Position numbers and translations under genes: made by a program
Notes under the pieces: model-generated
Seen by the model: the letters and a program-made list of their open reading frames with translations, nothing else
Told to the model about the DNA's origin: nothing
Databases searched by the model: none
Assembly (NCBI GenBank): GCA_903813345.2
Contig: CAIIXF020000001.1
Location: 49,848,001-49,912,000 of the forward strand
Direction: 5' to 3'
Origin: Owenia fusiformis
Lineage: Eukaryota
Length of the DNA stretch: 64,000 nt
In this document: in pieces, positions 51,801-62,047 of the stretch
How the letters are laid out: each line of letters opens with the position of its first letter
How positions within the stretch are numbered: position 1 is the stretch's first letter

Positions 51801-52410
51801 TATCTACTTTAATAATTACCATTTAATCAAATTTTTGTCGATATGTATATGCCAAAATGTGCATGAAGCTATATCTAAGTATTTCATACTGTATATTATC
51901 ATTTAGGTTGGCATATCTGTTGGAGTAATACTGATGGCTCCTCCAGATGTGATAAAGAGAATGCCCGTTGAGACAGAGAAGTTTGTAGAAGTGGTTTGCG
52001 ATTTCCCAATGTGGAGCATGATTGCTTCAATAGTCTACAACTTGGTGCTTGTCTTAGCAACTGCAGCATTGGCTTTTCTAACAAGAAAGCTACCTGACAA
52101 CTTCAATGAAACCTTACACATTCTGTTATCTGTGTGTGCAACATTGTTTCTATGGCTGTCATTTGTCCCCACATATTTCATAACATATCGGGCAAAGCAC
52201 CAGCAGATGTTGTTCTCTGTCATGTTCACGTTGACAGGGCTTGTTTCTATACTCTGTTTATTTGCGCCAAAGATTTATGCAATAATGTTCATAGATGAAA
52301 GTAAGATCACATTTTCCTCCACATTTTCATTTAATACAAAGCGAAATAATACCTCAGAAAATGGTGAGAAAACAAGACCACAATCGTTAACTGACACAAC
52401 ACTAACTTAA
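48838..52410 (+). CDS. Class C GPCR (mGluR-like), copy 3; exons 48838-50934 and 51907-52410; ~866 aa; nested antisense in the FARSB intron
   Basis: Same architecture and intron position as copies 1 and 2; intron enlarged to 972 bp; reading frame intact. Confidence 0.95.
51095..51798 (+). mobile_element. Tc1/mariner-type remnant inserted in the copy-3 intron
   Basis: Absent from the ~340-bp introns of copies 1 and 2. Right end TTTTTGGACACAGTG|TA; internal inverted block GATATGTCATTTATTCATAT / ATATGAACAAATGACATATC. Peptide RDNLCVFRNGGH resembles the C-x-x-x-N-G-G-H tail of Tc1/mariner transposases. Confidence 0.5.
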
Positions 52411-53222
52411 AGTTATTGTCAATTAGAGGTAGGAACCTAGAAGCAACTGGGGAATCATTTTAGATTGGAATGTTTTAATTCATGTAGATTTATTTATGTA
52501 TCATCTGCCAGATTCCAACTCTTATGCAAATGATGGTAAAAAGTACATTTAGTGTTAATCTTTTTCCATAGATTTGAACCCCCCCCTCGATGTGAATCCT
52601 ATGTATTTTTGTGATATCATTTTAATCCACTCATTAATATCACTATCTGCACTCATTCGCTTCACTAACTTGTCTAGAAATTGAAATCAACTAATGGATA
52701 AAAATGATACCACTAAAAATCATAGGATATCCTAAATATATTTGCAAGAGGGAGGTTCACCCTCAGAAGGATGTACACCCTCAGACTGTTTATATCTGTT
52801 TCATGAGAATGGTTAGATTTTTGTTTGAATATGTTTTAAATACATGTATAGGATATAAAATTTTAACATTATTTCTTTTTGATTTTGTTTTTGTGCACAC
52901 TTACAGGAATCAAATGAATTTTTCTGGTTATCTCAAATAAAGTAATATCTGAGTAAAACAAAAGAATATGCCATGTTTGTACACACCTATATATTATGTA
53001 CATATTAGACACCCCTACTTCTTAGGCTTATACAATTCTTGTTTAAACATTGAAATACTGAGATAAATCTATCTTGAAACATAACATAATCATGGTATTT
53101 TTAAAATTCAATTAAGTCACTGTATCCTATTATCAGGGATCATATCAATTAAAAAGGAATGAAGAAATATTCGTTTTAAAAGCAAGGTCAATAGGTCAAT
53201 ACATATTGGGTTTTCTTTAGTA

Positions 53223-53760
53223 CAGGGTGACACAAAAACACCACCCACTAAGTTTGGAATAACTCTCTCAATAATTTTTTTATGAGTGGATAGAGTGTTC
53301 AATGGAAAAAAGATTGGTATGCTTACAGAGCATCAACGACTTGGAAATTAAGAGATAGTACATTTTCCATGTAGAGATGCTCTGACACAAAATCTCAAAA
53401 CTGTAAATTAGGAAATCTGTCTTAAAATTTACACAATAAGCGAGTCAGTTCATCAAATTCAAAATCAGAATCATTTATGTAGATATTACGTTCTTTTGAT
53501 AATATATAAAGTAGTGAAAGCAATTGAGAAATGACTCAAATAATGACAAAGACAGAAATCCCGATTTCAGAAAATAACATTTTTTTGATGATTTCACTGA
53601 CAGCATGCATGGATAGAAATGTGAAAGTTGTTGATGCTATCCAAGTACAACAATCTTTTTTCTATTGAACACTTTACCTACACAAGAAAATCACGTAGAT
53701 TCCTTGATTATTGAGAAGTTATTCCAAAATTGCCAGGTGGTGTTTTTTGATGTGACCCTA
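53223..53760. mobile_element. Tc1/mariner-type MITE
   Basis: TA|CAGGGTGACACAAAAACACCACC ... GGTGGTGTTTTTTGATGTGACCCTA|TA. The paralogous site downstream of copy 2 (~45895-45920, GGTTTCTAAAGTAGCATCCAAATATT) is empty and has a single TA. Confidence 0.8.
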
Positions 53761-56722
53761 TAGTATCCAAATATTTAAAAAAAAAAATTTTTGCCATTAA
53801 GACCACATTGATAAATAATATCTGTTGTTAGATATGATTCATTATTTCATGCTGATATGAGGGTCATTTGCTTCTCCATATTTTCAATTAATAAGTCACT
53901 GAAAATATTTGGATTTAAGATGAAGGCAAATCTTTACAATATATTACAAACTTGATTTATATTTATTTCTGCTTATATTTGTAACCTATGATTGAGAGAA
54001 TAAAGATAAAGGAAAATATGTGGAATAAACTTGCATTATTTACATTTTGCAAATCTGTATGTTGATGAATATGATAATACGTAACGTTATTTTCACTATG
54101 GAATACTCTGCCTGTGACCCTTTTTTAATAATGTACTCGTCCTTGACCTTAGGTTTTCTGTCTGGGCATGGTCATCATCAAAAGTTTAACTAACTATGAG
54201 GTCTTGCCTCACCTATTCAAATTTGCCTCATCCTTGTTTGGATCATGGCTATGCACCAGATCATAATGGCTTATCAAAATCATTGTATTTTTTGTTCTGT
54301 AAACTAGGAGGGGAGAGAAAATATTAAATGTATCAGATATTTCCAAGTAAATTGTGAGACATGAACTTTCATATTTTCTATTTGCCATCCACCAACACCC
54401 CAAATATTAACAGAGAAACAGATTACTACCTAGCCGTCATACATTATTATTGGGATATTAAGGGAATAGTAATGTCTCTGTGTTATGTCTTCATGCAGTT
54501 ATCTCTGGATTTCAAGGTGTTGGAGAAACCATATTATGTTTAAGTATGCCAACTCACTGATTATATTATATAGAAATTTCATAGGTTAAAGGCGACAGAA
54601 ATATTTTTTTTAAAAATGGCATGGTAATCGATCTGTGTTTATTTATAATTCTCTTAGACAAAGATGAATAGGATTCTGCTGCTGCCACCTATATATTGGT
54701 ACAAAACCTATATGAATAAATCCAATAACACAGAAGGATACCTTTTTGGTGGTATTTACCCTGAGGTCAAGAGTCTAGTAATAATTACCTCCCTCTACTA
54801 TTCAAAGAGATGAATAAAGCTAAATTAAAGATGCAATTCAAACTCTTGAAAAGGGTTGGTGGTATTTGGAAGACAATGAAAGTGTTGTAGGACAGAATCA
54901 AATATTTATCTAAATATTTTACCTTAAATCTTTGACACGACCCTGGTCTCAGGCCATGGACAAAGAATATTAGAATTTCTATTCTATACATAGATTTTTG
55001 GGTGATGGCAGTCTTGAAGATCTTATGATGAGAGGGTAACAATATAACACTGCAATATCATTAGAGGACATAGGATGTATCAATATGTCTATTTAGAATA
55101 CAAGTCAGGTTCAGTTTTATTTACAATATAACGTGGTATAAACATCTCATAGACAAATTTAGGTTACCTTTTCAAGTGATCAAAGTATACTCAAAGTGAA
55201 CTGACAAGAGCTTGTCTAAACATTCATGCTCTTAATAAAATAAAATGTTGACTAAGTTTGGCCTTTACAAAAGTTTTATACGAATATCAATATTTGATTG
55301 AATTTCATAATTGTACATTTATTTTATTTTTTTTACTTTTCAATTGTTTGTGATAACCTATGTGGCCTTGAGTATAATCTTAATGCATGATGCACGAACA
55401 GATTATTTTAAATGGTCTTTCAAAAACTAAAGTATGTCTTTATAAAACAGGTTTTGGATGTTTTTGATTCAATGGATATTACAGATGCTCAATTGTAAAG
55501 CAAACAATGACATTTTTTCATTACTGATTCCAAAGACATTTTACCAATAAGTGGGTTTACATGACAGGTAGCGAAAGGTTGACCCTCCCTTTTAAGTATA
55601 CAAAGGACTTGCTGTTTACGAGTAATACACAATTGCAGTGCAAACAAAAAATAGTCATTCATCTTTTTTAGAGTGTCAAATCATTCTGGGTGTTAGGTTA
55701 CACAAGGAAGCATAAATCTCAAGGAAAGTAGGCAGGCAGAGACTCATTTGTCCACATTAAGGTAAGTTCACTTCAATTGAATCAACAAATTATTTGTTTA
55801 CACAAAAAATTCATTGTTAAACTCTCGGAGTGTACTGCACGATTTCAACACATGTAAAAGGTCACAACTTAAAATTGATTTAAAAGAACATTAGTTTACA
55901 TCACCGATTCGTAGAATCATAAATAACTGAAATAAAAATGTCACCATATTCTTATTTGAACTACCTGTTCTCAAAACATGTAATGTAAATCACAAACTTT
56001 AAATAACGGCAAGGGTTCAATATAAATGAGACAATTATTTTGTAAGTTTTGAAAACTGCATTAATCATAATAACAGAAAATCATGGCAATGATGGATATT
56101 TTCTTGTAAGTATCTAGATTATAGATTTCAGACATCTGCATTTTTCCTTTTATCAATATAGCAAAGTATTAAAAGCATATGTACCTAATGCAGATATAAA
56201 TTATGAGCGATAAGATTAAGTCAGAAGAAAATGGTAGACATGTTCTTTTATCTATTCTTTTTAATTTTAGAAAGATAAGTATGAAGCAGAAGTTCTGAAA
56301 TCCATGTTTTTCAAAACAAGAATGCACTGATGTTATGCACTTACATATCAAAAGTAAACATATTCAAAAATGTTATATGATAATTGAACCTTAAGAAGCA
56401 TATTCACATGATAAATTGGACTTGGACATTATATATAGCCCATTGTTTACAAATATAATGCATAGGATTAAAAAGACCGAACCATGATTACAAGAAATAT
56501 GTATAAAACATTTGATGAAAAGGCATACAGTACTTTTAAGATCATAAATAGTAAAATTGACAAACTTACTTTTTAATACCATAATTCAATTCAAACGATT
56601 CTATGTAAGATTCAACATAAATGAATCATGCCTTGTGGATCATACTTTGTTTACAAATGACTTGAAAATAAACAAAGGTGTATATTATAAAATATCACAT
56701 TTTCAGAGACTCTGTTGACTCC

Positions 56723-58639
56723 ATGGTTAAAATACAAGATCTAGAAGCTGCAGAGATGACAGCGGATGCTGAAAAACTCGTAAAAGCCATCTTGAAAGGG
56801 GAGTCTAGCCATGTAAGTGATGTCATCAAAGAATTCAAATCCAAAGGAAAACCACTGGAGACAGTTGTTAAAACAAAGTTAAGCATTAACGATCTTCGAA
56901 GTATACAAAATGTGAGTGAGTCGAATACAGCTTTGATATCATGGATAGCCTTGAGTGGACTGAAAACAATGACACCATTCCATATTGCTGGTCTGGTTGA
57001 TGGGCGTACAATCGTGGAGGTATTCTTAGAAGAGACTAACATTGATGTGGACTATCGCACACCTGATAACATTACAATCTTACACCTAGCTAGCTTCGCA
57101 GGCTATCTGGCACTAGTTGAAACTCTTGTCAATGTGTACAAGGCAGACTTGACACTCGAAGATGATTGGGGCAGGGTCGCAACACATTACGCAGCTGCAG
57201 GAGGCCACTTAGCGGTCGTAAAATATCTTGTATCCAAAAAAGCTGATCCCATAGTGAGGGATAAAGCTGGGAGAACAGCTGTAATGTATGCCTGGGATAA
57301 ACAAAAATATGATGTTGTAGAATACCTGCAGACCTTTGATGGGGGTCATGAGGAAGGTCATGTCCCTATGTATGGTACACCTCAAGGCGAGTTTGTGAGG
57401 CTACCTTTTAATGCTGGTACAGACCCTGTAGACCCCCCAAAGGAAGTCTTCAGATCAAACCCAATTTACGACTACAATGCTGAGGCGATTGAGACAAACA
57501 TGAAAGCAATGAATGTGGGAGACAACACTGCAAAGGAAGGTGAATCAACATCTGATGACATATTGGGCCCCGCTACTCAAATGCATTTATTTGAGCGGCC
57601 AGCTATCCCAAAGGATAACATCAAACACCCCAACCCTGAAGACACAGAGATCCCTCCCTGGAAACATTACGACATCCCACCACGTAAAGTGTTCACCAAG
57701 GCAGAACTTGCAAAGAGGAAAAAGGAAGCTGAAAAAAGGAAGAGCAAAAAGAAACATAAATTGTATGATGAGCTAGATAAATTTCCTGATTATTCTGACC
57801 ACATGTATGCAGATGAGGAGCCTCAATATCCTTTTGCTGAACTTCATCCCCAACCCATGCAGCAATACTTTGACCCACAATACTACTACGATGACCAGGC
57901 TCCAGCCTATCCCATATATACTCAGTCTATACAAAGAAATATCGAACAGAGGCCACCACTGTTCTCTTATCAAGAAGATGAGTATCCGGAACCTGAGAGA
58001 GAAATAATCTACACTATTCCCCAGCCCTCTACTTCAGAGCCTGTGAGGGTCATCCAAGATCCACAAAGGATTATTCAAGAGCCACAAAGGATTATACAAG
58101 AGCCACCTAGAATTATCAGAGAACAAAGAGTAATCAATGAGCCACCAAGAGTCATTCGTGAGCCTCCAAGAGTCATTCGTGAGCCACCAAGAGTCATCCA
58201 CGAGCCTCCAAGAGTCATTCATGAGCCATCAAGAGTCATCCATGAGCCTTCAAGAGTCATCTATGGGCCTTCAAGAGTCATTCATGAGCCACCAATTTCT
58301 AGAGCTGTATCTCATAGGCCTGATGTGATTGAAGAAAGAAGGGAAGTCTTAAGACCACATGTGGAGGTGATGAGAAGACCTACAACTAGAGTGCTTCCAG
58401 ATGGCGTTGTGGTCCAGCAATACCCAATACAACCACCAGAAAATGGCATACCAACTCGGACAATAAGAAAAATCCCTCCTCCAAGACAGAGTGAAAGGGA
58501 TGGAAGGAGAGATCCATACCTGTATGGTCAAGCACCTGGACCAACACAAGAACTCTATAGGCCTCCACAGGATAGATACTCCAGGTCTTCCTCAAATTAT
58601 GTCAGAAAAAGCCAAAATGAGGACTCAAGGAGACATTAA
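56723..58639 (+). CDS. Ankyrin-repeat protein with basic NLS-like segment and Pro/Glu/Arg-rich heptad-repeat C-terminus (~638 aa); nested antisense in the FARSB intron
   Basis: Acceptor tttcag at 56706 with in-frame ATG at 56723; candidate upstream donor AAG|gtaagt at 55761. About four ankyrin repeats (TPFHIA, TILHLAS..G...VETLV, ATHYAAAGGHLAVVKYLV, TAVMYA..VVEYL); KRKKEAEKRKSKKKHK; ~12 x EPPRVI(R/H). Confidence 0.85.
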   Translation: MVKIQDLEAAEMTADAEKLVKAILKGESSHVSDVIKEFKSKGKPLETVVKTKLSINDLRSIQNVSESNTALISWIALSGLKTMTPFHIAGLVDGRTIVEVFLEETNIDVDYRTPDNITILHLASFAGYLALVETLVNVYKADLTLEDDWGRVATHYAAAGGHLAVVKYLVSKKADPIVRDKAGRTAVMYAWDKQKYDVVEYLQTFDGGHEEGHVPMYGTPQGEFVRLPFNAGTDPVDPPKEVFRSNPIYDYNAEAIETNMKAMNVGDNTAKEGESTSDDILGPATQMHLFERPAIPKDNIKHPNPEDTEIPPWKHYDIPPRKVFTKAELAKRKKEAEKRKSKKKHKLYDELDKFPDYSDHMYADEEPQYPFAELHPQPMQQYFDPQYYYDDQAPAYPIYTQSIQRNIEQRPPLFSYQEDEYPEPEREIIYTIPQPSTSEPVRVIQDPQRIIQEPQRIIQEPPRIIREQRVINEPPRVIREPPRVIREPPRVIHEPPRVIHEPSRVIHEPSRVIYGPSRVIHEPPISRAVSHRPDVIEERREVLRPHVEVMRRPTTRVLPDGVVVQQYPIQPPENGIPTRTIRKIPPPRQSERDGRRDPYLYGQAPGPTQELYRPPQDRYSRSSSNYVRKSQNEDSRRH

Positions 58640-58790
58640 AGTTGTAAAGTAGGGAAAAGTGAATAAAATATCATTAACATAGTAAAAGTGTAAAATATGT
58701 GCATAATTTAACCAAGCGATAAAATTGGTTGCCACATATGTACATGGAGAGATACGATATATAATATATGTAAGTACATGTATGCTATAT

Positions 58791-60653
58791 CACGGTGTCC
58801 GATACTACCCAATGTAAATCGTTCCGGACTTGTTTTTCATAACCATTGGGACTTGATTTATGGAAAGAAGTAGAGGTAGGTTTGTAAATTTGGTTATGAA
58901 ATTGCTTTCACTTGACTTTATGTAAATATAATACAATTAGATAACATACCATACTATATACCCTATATTCAGGCACCCGCAAACGCCTTTTTTGTACGAA
59001 CCGTTTGCTATAGTCTTGTTATTTCGGGATGTGAGCGATTCTGCCAGTGTTTTCACCTATTTTGCTGATAATCACCAGCCTGCCTTGTATCCAATGAATA
59101 CACCGATTCATAATGAAAGTAGCCATATTGTGAACGAAAATCATGATTTAAAATGGTTTAAATGAGTAGCAATTGTCGAAAGATCATTTTTTAGATTTAA
59201 CCATTTGGACTTGACCTAAATATTCCAGTTAATGACGTTGACTTGTTATTGGAACGTTTTTGACTTGTGTTATTGGAACGTTTCTGACTTGTAGAACACA
59301 ATGAACCATTTTAAGTGTGGAACAGCTCCATAAACTTAAAAGATTTTCAACAAATCATCATCTGAGTGGATGAGGACAGTGGAAGAAGTTGTCTGAATGA
59401 TACTATCTAAATGATCATCATTAATTAAACGTATTAAGAGATATTTGTCAAGGTTGAATTAGGGAATCATTACAGATACATGTTCTTTACTTGATACTTT
59501 CAAGGGGCAAGAATGCATGTAGAGAGAAAAGTTGATTTTTACTTTTTCTTGTGTTTTGCCTCTTCGCTTTTTTAAGGACTTCACTTGTCGCTATTTTTAA
59601 TTTGCCTATGAAAAATGTGAGCATAAGTTTGCCTCAAATAAGACTTTAAAACGCCCTTATTGGCTTTAAACTGACTTCCATGCTAATATTAATGCTAAGC
59701 AAGAAGTTAAGTGAAAGTTGAGAAGAAATAATTAGTTTTAATCGTTATTTACTGTTAAAAATCTGAAGAGGACTTGGTTCAACGTATTCTTCCTCCTTTA
59801 TCGAGGTACCATCATCAAATGACAGCTTTGAGCCTAATTTATCACACATCCGGAATCCATAATCCTGTGTTTTGTAACGCCATATGCCTGTATCACGAAA
59901 AGGGACGTCAAGCCTGAATAAATCGGAGGGGTGGTCCCTCTTGAAGTGTTCAAAGAATATATTTTTATCTGCACTTTTAAAAGTGCATTCGTGGCACTTG
60001 TTTCTGGGAACTGAAATTACAAAATGTGTGAATATTTAGTACCAGAACTCCTCTAAAACATAATCATACTAAGTGCAATTTTTCCAGAAGCATAGACAAT
60101 TCATCAAGCAACGAAACGTATAAATACCATTACAAGACAATTCCCAATCGTTGTTTGTATCACGTTGTGTACAATTCGTAGTCGTTCACCTAGTGATTAT
60201 AAGACAAGTCCGTGTCAGAATAACGACCATTCGCCGTCGTTAACTCCAACTTTAACATTACGGTCATTTATGGAAATTTGAAGGTACAGATAGTTAAAAT
60301 ATTAACACAATCTTTAATGTAGTGAATATTGTTCCACGTTGTAAAGTGATTTATTTTGTTTAAACATAGTTAAATGACACTAATGCAGATTTAGAGCATA
60401 TTTCTGGCATTTTTGTTATTTAATGCCGATAAATATGAATTATGGTGGCACGATCGCCAAAATAGATATGTGGGAATGAAAAAGAATGTTTCAGGTAGAA
60501 GTTAGTGTATGTATTTTCCTAAACGATTGAATTATATTACCTTTTTGAACCATTTTGATAAATGTCTCATCTCATTCTCCTACGAAATCAAGTCCAAATG
60601 GTTATGAAAAACAAGTCCGGAACGATTTACGTTGGGTAGTATCAGACACCGTG
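58791..60653. mobile_element. Transib/RAG-like (CMC-type) non-autonomous TIR transposon
   Basis: 69-bp TIRs (58791-58859, 60585-60653; 3 mismatches) starting CACGGTG. TSD TATAT on both sides; the empty site is visible in the neighbouring minisatellite unit. Confidence 0.75.
59487..60553 (-). CDS. Predicted spliced C2H2 zinc-finger mini-gene inside the transposon (exons 60553-60541, 60010-59753, 59605-59487; ~129 aa)
   Basis: CAAAATG start; phase-1 GT-AG junctions fit. Translation MVQKVPRNKCHECTFKSADKNIFFEHFKRDHP (C-x2-C-x12-H-x4-H) ...KKAKRQNTRKSK...*. The middle exon is well supported; exons 1 and 3 are inferred. Confidence 0.5.
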
Positions 60654-61050
60654 TATATGTACATGCGCAGGTATGCTATATATGTATGTACATGTGTGCT
60701 ATATGTACATGCATAGGTATGCTATATGTAAGTACATGTGTGCTATATGTACATGCACAGGTATGCTATATATGTATGTACATGTGTGCTATATGTACAT
60801 GCATAGGTATGCTATATGTAAGTACATGTGTGCTATATGTTCATGAATTGGTATGCTATATGTACTGACAATGCACAGGGTTGCTTTATGTACATGTAAA
60901 TAACAAGTACATGTATGCTATGTATACATATGCACAGTCATACTTTATGTACATACTTTATGTACATGCTTAGATATGCTAAACGTACATGCACTGGAAT
61001 GGAATATGTAAATTAATGTACAATGACTATGATTATAACATGCATGTATT
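60654..61050. repeat. AT-rich minisatellite (~86-bp higher-order unit built from GCTATATGTACATG-type subunits)
   Basis: Repeated GTACATGTGTGCTATATGTACATGCA; the array begins left of the transposon at ~58765. Confidence 0.8.
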
Positions 61051-61985
61051 TACAATGTAGAGAGTATCACTTTTCTTGATCACTTGGATTCCAATTCATT
61101 CAAAAATGTCCCCTCAGTCTTATATATCATGCTATCACATTCACCAGGCTTGTCTTCACAATTGGCACATTATCATTTTTCAGAGCAAAAAAAAAAAGTT
61201 TCTCCATCATTTCATTAGCTCAAATGGTGCAATAAAGACAATAGACAAGTTGGGGGCAACTTTCGCAATAACTCAGAATTTTAATATGTTATGCTCTTAT
61301 TGTTACATGTCAGGCCTATTCAGTTCCGACTTTGTTCAGAGATAATCCTTAATTTGATTATCTGGCAAAAAATCAAAAAGGGGACCACTTGTTATATCTA
61401 ATTTTATAATCAAGATTAGAGAGTTAGTAAGACATTATTAGTTAGTTAGTAGCACCAATGACAATTTATCTCTCCTCATAGAATACATTAAGCTCTAGCT
61501 GTCTTTGTAAACATGTACATGTATTATGTTGAATTTGCAATAGTCTGGTGTGAGTAGAAATAATCTTGATTTATGTCATTATGATATAGTGATTTTGCAC
61601 AGAGCTTACATTTTATATGTTTGTATGTTACAGATGTACCAAAATAAACTATTTATAAACTAATTAACAACATATTATAGAAATCATATTCAGCTCAATA
61701 ATTGCCACCTAGCTAGTACTTGGAGCAAATTCAAAGGTTCACATTAATACGAGAAATCATTAATGTGACAATACGTCACCACCTGGTTGCAATTACAGAA
61801 ATGTCACAAACCACCGAACACCAGCCACTGAATGCCAAACACCAAATGCCATCCACGAAAAGTTGGGAGACTGTAACAATATGTCACCACTTCTTGTGGT
61901 GACATAAAAATGGTGACTACAATAAGAATGTCTCACCCTTCTTGGTGGTGACATAATAAATCAATAATAACAAATATTTACTTAC

Positions 61986-62047
61986 TTTATTCCTATCTTT
62001 TTATTGATTGAATCTACGGAGATGACTTCTTTTCTATAGTTCAATTC
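61986..62047 (-). CDS. FARSB: FARSB internal exon (62 nt)
   Basis: ctag|GAA...ELNYRKEVISVDSINKKIGI+AA|gtaagt; phase 2 joins the exon at 40108. Confidence 0.92.

Noticed and set aside
56678..56722. GTG start of the 653-aa ORF
   Set aside because: It lies upstream of a splice acceptor (tttcag, 56706); the first in-frame ATG is at 56723.
58791..58859. True 12/23 RSS in the TIR
   Set aside because: No ACAAAAACC-like nonamer at 12 or 23 bp from the heptamer, and the two TIRs are symmetric; only the heptamer and TSD resemble RAG/Transib.
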